A stretch of DNA of 64,000 nt. Origin: Arenicellales bacterium (GTDB lineage Bacteria; Pseudomonadota; Gammaproteobacteria; Arenicellales; JAJDZL01). The position numbers were made by a program, and so were the translations under genes. The stretch's first letter is position 1, and every line of letters starts with the position of its first letter. The stretch is taken from positions 104,932 to 168,931 of the forward strand of contig CAXXFC010000006.1 in the NCBI GenBank assembly GCA_963662635.2, written 5' to 3'. Shown in pieces: positions 29,226-37,618 of the stretch. The notes beneath the pieces are model-generated. The model was not told where the DNA came from. It made no database searches and saw only the letters and a list, made by a program, of their open reading frames with translations.

Positions 29226-30113
29226 ATGAGCAAGGACTCGGTCACTTTTGACATCTCTTTGGGTATAGGAATCTATGCTTGCTGGTTGACACTGGTGGTA
29301 TATGGCGAATCCTTTCCTCTTTTAGCACTCTTTATATTGGGTGGTTACGTAAGCGCCTTGCACGGTGGTTTTCAGCATCTTGCAGTCCATGGCTATCCGA
29401 CCCGGTATAATTGGTTCAATACATTGTTGGCGTATCCGCCTTTAACTTTGTACTTCCCGTACCCAACCTACCGAGACACCCATCTTGAGCACCATCGCGT
29501 CGAAGTGCTGACCGATGTCGAAACCGATCCCGAATCCATATACCTCACCCGTGAGCAATTCGACAGTATGGGGCGATTTCGCAAATGGCTCTACCGATTC
29601 AACTTCACCCTTGCCGGTCGATTGTTAATCGGACCTTTCATATCACTTTTCCATCTATGGAAGAGTGAATTGAGATGCATTTTTGCCGGTGACACTCAGC
29701 GCTTACGAATCTGGTTGATTCACGCTGCCTGGTGTGCTGGTATTTTGATGTTCGTGCAACTCTCAGGTTTACCGGTTTGGAAATTCTTACTCTGTTTTGT
29801 TTATCCTGGCATATCGTTGATTTTATTTCGGTCTTATACAGAGCACAGATGGTCACCTGCAGAAGACGAAAGAAGTCTTGTCGTCGAGGGTTCTTTTCTG
29901 ACAAGGCTGCTTTATCTGAACAACAACTACCACTGGGTGCATCACGAAAACCCCGGACTGCCCTGGAGAATGATTCCAGAAATTTTCAATCAGCGAAGAG
30001 AAGAAATTCTGAGGCGAAACGGAAACTTTTACTACAAGAGTTATGGAGAAATTTTGAAGCGGTTGTGGAAAGACAAACTCATTGATCCGGTACATCCTCA
30101 ACAAGCACACTAA
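29226..30113 (+). CDS. Membrane fatty-acid desaturase family protein
   Basis: Histidine boxes HLAVHGY, HLEHHR and HWVHHENP with hydrophobic segments between them. The start is uncertain (TTG 29214 or ATG 29226). Confidence 0.7.
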   Translation: MSKDSVTFDISLGIGIYACWLTLVVYGESFPLLALFILGGYVSALHGGFQHLAVHGYPTRYNWFNTLLAYPPLTLYFPYPTYRDTHLEHHRVEVLTDVETDPESIYLTREQFDSMGRFRKWLYRFNFTLAGRLLIGPFISLFHLWKSELRCIFAGDTQRLRIWLIHAAWCAGILMFVQLSGLPVWKFLLCFVYPGISLILFRSYTEHRWSPAEDERSLVVEGSFLTRLLYLNNNYHWVHHENPGLPWRMIPEIFNQRREEILRRNGNFYYKSYGEILKRLWKDKLIDPVHPQQAH

Positions 30114-30188
30114 TCCAAATCTGATTGTGCTTGTTCGCAACAGGACTAATACTTCGTAACTGACTATCTACACTGAAGTCCAGACCGC

Positions 30189-30605
30189 TTACAAGAAAGA
30201 GGGCTTGATGCCAGTCTCCTTGAAGTCTCGAATATTACGCGTCGCTACCGTCATACCGCGAGAACGTACAATGGCAGCAATTTGAATGTCTACAATCGGT
30301 ATCACAATCCCAGAGGCACGATATGTTGCCGCCAAATCCGCGTAACTTCGAGCTGCCCCTTATTGTCAAACGGCAGCATGCGATTATCGAACGCTTCGCA
30401 AATTAAATTTTCAATTTTTAAAAATCAGCCTATCACGCCGTCGTCCCAAGGGTAGAACAGCCGCACCAAATCGCAACTCGACTTCGCCGACCGCTGAAAA
30501 GTACAGACTTTCCACAGATTGAATGTCAGCCCGCTTCTTTACGGCTGGGTTCGGGGATATGCGAATCAACCCGGGCACCACATTGGTATCAACAAGTATT
30601 GACAT
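30189..30605 (-). pseudogene. vapC: VapC (PIN-domain) toxin with an internal stop and a frameshift
   Basis: MSILVDTNVVPGLIRISPNPAVKKRADIQSVESLYFSAVGEVELRFGAAVLPLGRRRDRL, then a stop. It continues as ENLICEAFDNRMLPFDNKG, then in another frame AARSYADLAATYRASGIVIPIVDIQIAAIVRSRGMTVATRNIRDFKETGI. This is collinear with FitB/VapC-type PIN toxins. Confidence 0.75.
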
Positions 30606-30641
30606 GTTTGCAAAATTGGTCGAATGACGGAGGTTCGCGCC

Positions 30642-30676
30642 CTTGTGTATCGTCATTTGACCGATGTCGGGTAAGG
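30642..30676. repeat. Left terminal inverted repeat of element copy A
   Basis: See the element entry. The core GTCATTYGACYRATGTCGG(G)TAA is shared by all four termini. Confidence 0.75.
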
Positions 30677-31002
30677 GTTCGACCGCGTGAAGAACGTACA
30701 AGCGTTGGTGAATTGTGGTTCTGGTCGCTGCGCACAGGCGATCCCGGTCCGACAGCCGGACGACGAAATCCCAACTGTCCACACTCATCGCTTCAGTCCT
30801 GAGTCCACAAAGTGGTCTTCTTCCTGTCGGACGACAGGGACATCCAATTGAGTATTCAGGTCACTGTTCAGGCGGACGGCTGGCGGGCCATCCGACCGGA
30901 TCAATTCGCAGTATCGTAGTATCATGGAGACCGGACCGGTCATTGAAACTCTGACTGGATATTGCCGATGGGCAGATCAACCTGAGATTTGAGGTGGCGA
31001 AG

Positions 31003-31746
31003 ATGCCGGAACAGGAGAACCTGACGACTGAGGAAAGGATTCAGAAGATACGCGAGGAGACCGAGCGGATCAATCAGCGTGCCGCTGAAACGCGTGCGGA
31101 AACGGAAGAGATTCGGAAGCAATCCGAAAAGATCCGGAAGCAGTCGGAAAAGAGATGGAAGGAACTCAGGAAAGAAATTGCGAAGGTGAATGCGGCGGCT
31201 ACGAAGCTGGCCGCGACGGCGAAAGAACACGGCAAGCAGATCGGCGGACACAACAACAAGTTCGGAAGCTACACCGAGGCACTTGCGGAACCCTCCATCC
31301 GGCGGATTCTGGACGAGTATTTCGATGCCGACCACATGGAGTCGTACGAGCGCGGAAACCTGCAGCTGGATGGCTGGGGTGTCGCCCGCAACGGCACCGG
31401 TGCGGCCTATGTGGTGGAGGTCAAGAGCAAGTTTGAGCCTGAGCATCTGGATCAGGTGTGGCGACTGGTCAGGATGTTTCGCATTGAAAAGCCCGAGTTT
31501 GAGTCAAGGGAGGTGTATCCGATTCTTGCGGTAGTGGAGATCGACAAGGACCAGCGTGAGCTAGTGTGGAAGTCGGGCATTCACCTGATTGACGTGTCGG
31601 AAGGTGTGTTCGAGTGGACCCGGCCGCCCATGGGGTTCAGTCCGTGCGGCGATCATGGTGCGAATGGTGTCGTGCGAAGGGCGGTACCACGGCATCTGCG
31701 ACTGGTTGCGGACAGCAACAAGCACGGCGATGCAGGAGGTCAGTGA
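31003..31746 (+). CDS. Coiled-coil + putative PD-(D/E)xK nuclease-fold protein (element ORF, copy A)
   Basis: ATG 31003 is preceded by GAGGTGG. The N-terminal ~70 aa are charged heptad-like (EERIQKIREETERINQRAAETRAETEEIRKQSEK). The core has LQLDGWG...AAYVVEVKSKF (D...ExK spacing). Over a 179-aa core it differs from copy B at 13 positions. I could not find a DDE, HUH, serine or tyrosine recombinase motif. Confidence 0.75.
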   Translation: MPEQENLTTEERIQKIREETERINQRAAETRAETEEIRKQSEKIRKQSEKRWKELRKEIAKVNAAATKLAATAKEHGKQIGGHNNKFGSYTEALAEPSIRRILDEYFDADHMESYERGNLQLDGWGVARNGTGAAYVVEVKSKFEPEHLDQVWRLVRMFRIEKPEFESREVYPILAVVEIDKDQRELVWKSGIHLIDVSEGVFEWTRPPMGFSPCGDHGANGVVRRAVPRHLRLVADSNKHGDAGGQ

Positions 31747-31831
31747 GGAGGTAGCAGGTGGACCGGGATCATCTGCAGGTGAGGATAGACTGGCGGTTCA
31801 TGATCGGGAGGTACACATCAGGCTCAAGCGA

Positions 31832-31866
31832 CTTTACCCGACATCAGTCGAATGACTCGACATTAG
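31832..31866. repeat. Right terminal inverted repeat of element copy A
   Basis: The plus strand reads CTTTACCCGACATCAGTCGAATGACTCGACATTAG. Confidence 0.75.
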
Positions 31867-31929
31867 ATTTGAATCCGTACACAAATAACCTGCTGAACAC
31901 GCCTATGTCCAGCAATTTTCGCTATTTTT

Positions 31930-31975
31930 CTAAATCTCTTAGAAATGCTCAATATTCAGGGAAAATAAAGGTGCC
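31930..31975. repeat. Possible remnant of the right end of an IS5-family IS
   Basis: GCTCAATATTCAGGGAAAATAAAGGTGCC resembles the last ~33 nt of the intact IS (GCTCTCAATTTTCAGGGTTAATAGAGGTGCC at 26848..26878). No transposase sequence is attached. Confidence 0.35.
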
Positions 31976-32074
31976 TTCTAAACTTCTTTCCACAGTTACC
32001 AACAATCCAATGATTGCACAGATATACAATGAGCGATTCAATCCAAATACAAACTTCACAAGGAGTAGGAACTT

Positions 32075-32422
32075 ATGATTGAAAGAATGGAAACAGGTCA
32101 GCGAATGAGCCAGATTGTAATCCATGGCGATATAGTCTATCTGGCAGGTCAGGTTGCGTTCGACGCGCCTGGTGCAAGTGTTGCAGACCAGACGAAAGAT
32201 GTATTGAAGCGAATCGATAGCCTCTTATCTCAAGCAGGAACGGATAAGTCGAAACTGCTTTCGGCAACCATATGGCTCACTGATATTAATAATTTTGATG
32301 AAATGAACTCGATCTGGGATGCTTGGGTCTCGCCGGGCAATGCCCCTGCCAGAGCCTGTGTTGAGTCTGCTTTGGCAGCACCGCAATTCAATGTCGAAAT
32401 TGGCATCATTGCGGCAAAATAA
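32075..32422 (+). CDS. RidA/YjgF-family enamine/imine deaminase-like protein
   Basis: 115 aa with the typical family pattern (VYLAGQV...T.DVLKRIDSLL..AG..KSKLLSATIWL.D...F..MN..W..W, ARACVE). Confidence 0.8.
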   Translation: MIERMETGQRMSQIVIHGDIVYLAGQVAFDAPGASVADQTKDVLKRIDSLLSQAGTDKSKLLSATIWLTDINNFDEMNSIWDAWVSPGNAPARACVESALAAPQFNVEIGIIAAK

Positions 32423-32467
32423 CCGACCTGATTTTATACTTTCAGATCGGCCGGGGCGATTTCAGAA

Positions 32468-33715
32468 ATGCGGATCGCGGTTTTGGGTGCTGGACTTATC
32501 GGAGTAACAACCGCATACGAACTATCCCGCAACAAAGATTTTCAGGTCACTGTTGTCGACGCCAACCCTGAACCTGCATCGGAAGCCAGTGGTGTCAATG
32601 CTGCGATGATCGCGCCGGGGCATGCTTTTGCCTGGGCTTCTCCCAAAGTACCCGCAATACTGCTGAAGTCGATCTATCGCAACGACCAGGCGTTTCGATT
32701 CAGATTTCGATTTGATATGCAATTCTGGCGGTGGACCGCACTGTTTCTCAAACAGTGCAACAACGCAGATGCAATTCGAAATACGATCCAAAAACATAAT
32801 CTTTGTGTTTACTCGCAAAAAAGACTGGGAATTGTCAATAATGAGAACGATCTTCAATTTGACAGGATTGCCAAAGGTCTGTTGTACGTCTATCGTAGAG
32901 AAACAACTTTTCGTGCTGGCGTGGAGCATTCCAAGATTCTTCAGAACAACGGTCAACAACTGGAAGTTTTAAATAAGGACGAAGTCGTTGACCTGGAGCC
33001 TGCGTTCCAACATGCACATGACAAAATTGCCGGCGCAATCTACAGTCCGACATGTGAAACCGGAAACTCCCAGATTTTTTGCCGACAATTGGCCCGCATA
33101 TGCGAGTCAAAAGGTGTGGATTTTCTATTGGATACGAAAGTGAAGTCCATTGTGACTGACAGAACGCGGGTGCGCAGTGTAGTGACATCGAATAGTGAAA
33201 TTGAAGCCGATCTTTTCATTGTCTGTCTTGGCGCATACACACCGATCGTTCTGAGGCCGATTGGAATCAACCTCCCGATTTACCCCGTCAAAGGGTACTC
33301 CCTGACTCTGCCGGCAAATCAAGAACATACCAATCTAACGATCGGAACTGTTGACGAAGATAATCTGGTGGCCTGTTCGCCAATTGGACAGTCGGTCAGA
33401 GCGACAGCTACAGCGGAATTTGCCGGTTACAATCTCAGGCACAGGCCTAAAGACTTCGCGCCTATGATGAATACCGTAAAGGAATTACTCTCTCATGCAG
33501 CAATCTATGACGAACCCGTGTACCGAACCTGTTTCCGACCGATGACACCTCAGGGAACGCCTTATATCGGCTACGCGAAATTCGACAATTTGTTCGTCAA
33601 TTCAGGTCAGGGGCATATGGGTTGGACCATGTCTTGCGGCTCGGCGAAGATTGCCGCTGATCTGATCATGGGTGAAAATCCGGAAATCGACACCGAACAT
33701 TTTCGACCGGAGTAG
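32468..33715 (+). CDS. FAD-dependent D-amino-acid dehydrogenase-like oxidoreductase
   Basis: N-terminal dinucleotide fold MRIAVLGAGLIGVTTAYEL. DadA-like length and C-terminal GHMGWT motif. Confidence 0.75.
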   Translation: MRIAVLGAGLIGVTTAYELSRNKDFQVTVVDANPEPASEASGVNAAMIAPGHAFAWASPKVPAILLKSIYRNDQAFRFRFRFDMQFWRWTALFLKQCNNADAIRNTIQKHNLCVYSQKRLGIVNNENDLQFDRIAKGLLYVYRRETTFRAGVEHSKILQNNGQQLEVLNKDEVVDLEPAFQHAHDKIAGAIYSPTCETGNSQIFCRQLARICESKGVDFLLDTKVKSIVTDRTRVRSVVTSNSEIEADLFIVCLGAYTPIVLRPIGINLPIYPVKGYSLTLPANQEHTNLTIGTVDEDNLVACSPIGQSVRATATAEFAGYNLRHRPKDFAPMMNTVKELLSHAAIYDEPVYRTCFRPMTPQGTPYIGYAKFDNLFVNSGQGHMGWTMSCGSAKIAADLIMGENPEIDTEHFRPE

Positions 33716-33829
33716 CGGCACCTTTGATACGACGTGAAGAAATGTCATAATCTGAAAGAACGCACAGAATTGCTGTGCAATGATATACAGTAGACAAACG
33801 GACGCAACAAGTCCAGGTAGGATAGATAG

Positions 33830-34618
33830 ATGGAAGCAGTGCAGGCAGTCAACCCGTCAACGAGAGTGATTCGTAACTACATTCCCTTCGAGCTCGACGG
33901 TGGTATAGCAGAACGTGCGGCGATCGGTGTTATAGTTCTCGGCACCGACCAAACGATTGAGCACGAATTCCGCGACTTTCTTGACATCGAAGGTGTCGCA
34001 TTCTACGAAAGTCGGATTCGGAATTCAGCCACGATCACTCCCGAAACGCTTGCTGACATGGAGCATCGAATACCTGAGTGTACGGAAGTCATCCTCAAAG
34101 ACGTGCCTCTGGATGTGGTTGCTTACGGATGTACTTCGGCTTCGATGGTGATCGGGGAAGAACGGGTATTCGAGCGGATTCGAGAAAAACGTCCGGAAGT
34201 GAAGTGCACCACACCGATTACCGCTGCATTTGCAGCATTCGAGGCTTTGGGTGCGAAGAATCTTGCAGTATTGACACCTTATCGCGAGGATGTCAATGAC
34301 GCGGTTGCTGCGTACATCGAAAGTAAGGGCTTCAATGTGGTGGCGTTCGGGTCATTCAACGAAGAAGACGACAATAAAGCAGCAAGAATCTCCACCGAGT
34401 CAATCCGTAACGCGGCTGTAGAACTGGGTCAGATTGAAGACGTAGATCTGGTGTTCGTGTCGTGCACCAATCTTCGGATAGCGCCTGTAGTCAATGCCAT
34501 TGAGCAGGCAACTGGAAAACCCGCAACTTCAAGCAACCACGCCATGGCGTGGCATTGCCTGAGACTTGCGGGAATCAACGACCGGCGACCCGAATTCGGT
34601 CGACTCTACAGCGTTTGA
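33830..34618 (+). CDS. Asp/Glu racemase superfamily protein (maleate isomerase / EutA / arylmalonate decarboxylase-like)
   Basis: Two catalytic-Cys contexts (AYGCTSAS and VFVSCTNLR), and IGVIVLGTDQTIEHEFR near the N-terminus. Confidence 0.7.
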   Translation: MEAVQAVNPSTRVIRNYIPFELDGGIAERAAIGVIVLGTDQTIEHEFRDFLDIEGVAFYESRIRNSATITPETLADMEHRIPECTEVILKDVPLDVVAYGCTSASMVIGEERVFERIREKRPEVKCTTPITAAFAAFEALGAKNLAVLTPYREDVNDAVAAYIESKGFNVVAFGSFNEEDDNKAARISTESIRNAAVELGQIEDVDLVFVSCTNLRIAPVVNAIEQATGKPATSSNHAMAWHCLRLAGINDRRPEFGRLYSV

Positions 34619-34625
34619 ATGCTAT

Positions 34626-35495
34626 TCATTCCGGATGCGATTCAGTCGCATCCGTATCAACTTTCTCGCTTGAGGATGGTTGGGTAACGAAAATGTCGCG
34701 CGCCAGTCCGACAATCTGAGGGTCAGCGGGCACAACTATCTCTTTGTTTTTGTCAGGGTAGTCAAAACTGGAGAGGAAATGCCGCATACAGTTGAGCCTT
34801 GCTCTTCTCTTGTCGTCTGACCTGACCACCGTCCATGGTGCATCCCTGGTATCGGTATAAAAGAACATTGTTTCTTTCGCTTCGGTGTATTCTGCCCACA
34901 GGTTGAGGGACTCGTTGTCGATCGGGCTTAGTTTCCAGCGCTTCAGGGGGCTGTTCCTACGTGCGTCGAATCGACGGCGCTGTTCTTCCCGACTCACCGA
35001 AAACCAATATTTGAACAGGTGAATGCCGCTGTCAACCAGCATTCTTTCCAGTGCAGGTGCCTGTCGCATAAACTCCAGATATTCGAGTCGGCTGCAGAAA
35101 TTCATCACCCGTTCAACCCCTGCCCTGTTGTACCAGGACCGGTCAAACATCACCATTTCACCGCTGGTTGGCAGATGCCGAATATATCTTTGGAAAAACC
35201 ACTGACCCCGTTCCTTCTCACCGGGTTTGGGTAATGCCACAACTCTGGCGATTCGTGGATTGAGATGCTCCATGAATCGCTTTATTGTTCCTCCTTTTCC
35301 AGCGGCGTCTCGTCCTTCAAACAGAATTACAACTTTCTTTTTATCGTTCTTGATCCAGTTTTGCGCCTTGACCAGTTCAACCTGCAGCTCGGCCTTTTTG
35401 GACTCATACTCCTTTCTGGACAGCTTCTGCTGATAAGGGTATGGTTCTACAACAAGAGAACTTTTCGGGGCAATTGCGTTTTCTACCAATTTCAT
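34626..35495 (-). CDS. ppk2: Polyphosphate kinase 2
   Basis: VILFEGRDAAGKGGTIKRFMEHLNPR (Walker A) and FDRSWYNRAGVERV are PPK2 hallmarks. Confidence 0.9.
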   Translation of the reverse strand: MKLVENAIAPKSSLVVEPYPYQQKLSRKEYESKKAELQVELVKAQNWIKNDKKKVVILFEGRDAAGKGGTIKRFMEHLNPRIARVVALPKPGEKERGQWFFQRYIRHLPTSGEMVMFDRSWYNRAGVERVMNFCSRLEYLEFMRQAPALERMLVDSGIHLFKYWFSVSREEQRRRFDARRNSPLKRWKLSPIDNESLNLWAEYTEAKETMFFYTDTRDAPWTVVRSDDKRRARLNCMRHFLSSFDYPDKNKEIVVPADPQIVGLARDIFVTQPSSSEKVDTDATESHPE

Positions 35496-35683
35496 ATTTC
35501 TAGACTAATCCTTTGCTCGTCACGTCAAAGTGAATCATATCCCACAACCGGATTAATAGTTGAAGATTATTGCACGGACTACGAACTGACTACTTATACA
35601 AAACTTTTAATATTAAATCAATAGGCTATAGCGATTTCTTGAATTTTGATTCATCATTTTTCAGAAGTTGACCGCTCCAATGT

Positions 35684-37309
35684 TCAGCGTTCCTGCAACA
35701 AAGCCTGGCGATCAATTTTCCCGGTTCCGGTTTTCGGAAGTTCGTTTCGATACTCGACGATGCGTGGATACTTGAATGGCATCAGCTGATTGCGGATATA
35801 TTCTTGCAATAACTTGGTTTCGTCGTCGTCAGCGGATATTCCGTCTTTCAGACAAATCACAGCTCGCAGAGTCATACGCTTATCTGGCAACTCCTCAGCC
35901 ATGACCGCCGATTCGTGCACATCAGGATGCTCATTCAAACAACGCTCAACCTCAAGCGGCCATACCCACTGTCCCGAAATCTTGACAAGATCGTCCGCCC
36001 GACCTTGAAAATAGTAAAAGCCATCCTTTTCCAGAAAGCGGTCGCCTGTGTATATCCAGTCACCGCGAATTGTCTCCTTTGTTTTTTCGGTCTGACACCA
36101 ATAACCGGGAGTGGATGAATGACCGCGCACCAGCATGATACCCTCCTCCCCTACTCCTACTTCATCGCCGTCCGGTGATATCAGTTTGATTTCATAGCCC
36201 GCAACGCGACCGCCGGCCGCACCGACTCGGTGATCATCATGTCGATTGGAAAGATAGATGTGCAACAGTTCCGTCGAACCCAGTCCTTCCGTAATTCCAT
36301 GTCCTGTCAGCCCGCGCCATGTACTGTAGACTTCCTCAGAAAGGGTTTCGGCAGCGGATACTGATTGCCGTATGGAACTGAGATCTCTGGTACCGATTGA
36401 TTTATCCCGGCACAGAAGATTGTAGAGGTTTGGTAACCCGAAGAACACAGTCGGCCGAAAGTTTTCGATCGTTTCCAGGACCATGTCAGATGTTGGTCGT
36501 CCGGGCATCAACAAAGTTGTGGCACCAATCGAAAAAGGAAACGTGAGGGAATTTCCAAATCCGTAAGCAAAGAAAATTTTAGGGACTGAAAAGCAGATGT
36601 CATCAGGTGAAAGTTTCAATACATCCAACCCGAACGACTGGTGTGTATACGCCATATCATGGTGCAAGTGAACGATACCTTTAGGCTGCCCTGTAGTACC
36701 AGACGAATACATCCAGAATGCCATGTCATCAGGGTTAGTATCGGCACAAGCCAGCTGGGTCGGTTGGTCTTTCAGGAATTCTTCAAGCTCAGCAGAGCGA
36801 TCACATCCACTATCACCATTCACCGTAATAATCTGTTCGATACACGCACCGTCAAGCACTTCATTTGTGAATTGATTGGCCAGTGACGCCTCGGTGACTG
36901 CGAGTCTGGCTTCGCTATCCTTCAAATAGTAGTTCAGTGTTTCAGAGTTGGTTTGCGTATTCAGCAGTACCGGTACGAATCCGGCGCGAACCGCACCAAA
37001 GAAAACTGCAGGATACACCGGTGTATCGTCCAAAAAGCATACAATCCGATCATTTCGCTCCAATCCAGCCGCATTGAAAGCATTTCCCCACATCGAAGAA
37101 ACGGCAATGAGTTCGCTATAGGTCAGTTCCCCGAATGAACCGACTAATGCGAGTTTGCTGGGGTTTCGTTCCAGGTTATCCCAGAGAATCGACGAACAGT
37201 TTGTGTGCTCGGACCGAACGAAACCAATTTCCCGAGCGCCAGGAACTTCGTCCGCCACTGGATCGAGAATCTCGGTTTCAATTTGTTTGTTCGAGTCGAA
37301 AGAGTTCAA
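35684..37309 (-). CDS. Aromatic acid-CoA ligase (benzoate/2-aminobenzoate-CoA ligase family)
   Basis: AMP-binding motif YSSGTTGQPKGIVHLH, then YTGDRF and the C-terminal PKTGTGKIDR. Confidence 0.8.
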   Translation of the reverse strand: MNSFDSNKQIETEILDPVADEVPGAREIGFVRSEHTNCSSILWDNLERNPSKLALVGSFGELTYSELIAVSSMWGNAFNAAGLERNDRIVCFLDDTPVYPAVFFGAVRAGFVPVLLNTQTNSETLNYYLKDSEARLAVTEASLANQFTNEVLDGACIEQIITVNGDSGCDRSAELEEFLKDQPTQLACADTNPDDMAFWMYSSGTTGQPKGIVHLHHDMAYTHQSFGLDVLKLSPDDICFSVPKIFFAYGFGNSLTFPFSIGATTLLMPGRPTSDMVLETIENFRPTVFFGLPNLYNLLCRDKSIGTRDLSSIRQSVSAAETLSEEVYSTWRGLTGHGITEGLGSTELLHIYLSNRHDDHRVGAAGGRVAGYEIKLISPDGDEVGVGEEGIMLVRGHSSTPGYWCQTEKTKETIRGDWIYTGDRFLEKDGFYYFQGRADDLVKISGQWVWPLEVERCLNEHPDVHESAVMAEELPDKRMTLRAVICLKDGISADDDETKLLQEYIRNQLMPFKYPRIVEYRNELPKTGTGKIDRQALLQER

Positions 37310-37618
37310 TTCTTGGCGTTCGGTTTAAGAGAGATGGATTGCGGTCCTAATTTCCAACTATAGAGAGGACTGACTGACCTCCCATCATTATAAGGTGCCC
37401 TAAGAACACTGATGAACCGGTTCTCCCGACCATAGAATTCAGCTACTGCTCCGGACAAGGTACTAATTGATTCAAGGCAGTCTTCCGAATCAGATAAGTT
37501 TCTATGGTCGACCGACTGCTAAAAGACAAATTATTTTCTCATTGCGACGTAAATTGTCGTGTTTGGCAGTTATCCTGTGTCAAATTTCGAATCACAAGAC
37601 TGAATTTAGACGATAACC

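Larger units (their letters stand above)
30642..31866 (+). mobile_element. TIR-bounded element, copy A (1225 bp), carrying a coiled-coil/PD-(D/E)xK-like ORF
   Basis: Left end CTTGTGTATCGTCATTTGACCGATGTCGGGTAAGG. The reverse complement of the right end is CTAATGTCGAGTCATTCGACTGATGTCGGGTAAAG, matching at 27 of 35 positions. It is homologous end to end with copy B at 50419..51526 and is GC-rich relative to its flanks. Confidence 0.75.

Noticed and set aside
19500-31000. Integron cassette array or CRISPR array, considered as an explanation for the clustering of TA remnants and small genes.
   Set aside because: There is no integron integrase, and I found no recurring attC-like imperfect palindromes (RYYYAAC...GTTRRRY pairs). 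No regularly spaced direct repeats occur anywhere in the window.
37393-37400. An AGGTGCCC 8-mer identical to the IS5 right terminus, possibly a solo inverted repeat.
   Set aside because: Only 8 nt match and the adjacent bases do not. An 8-mer is expected by chance about twice in 64 kb on two strands.
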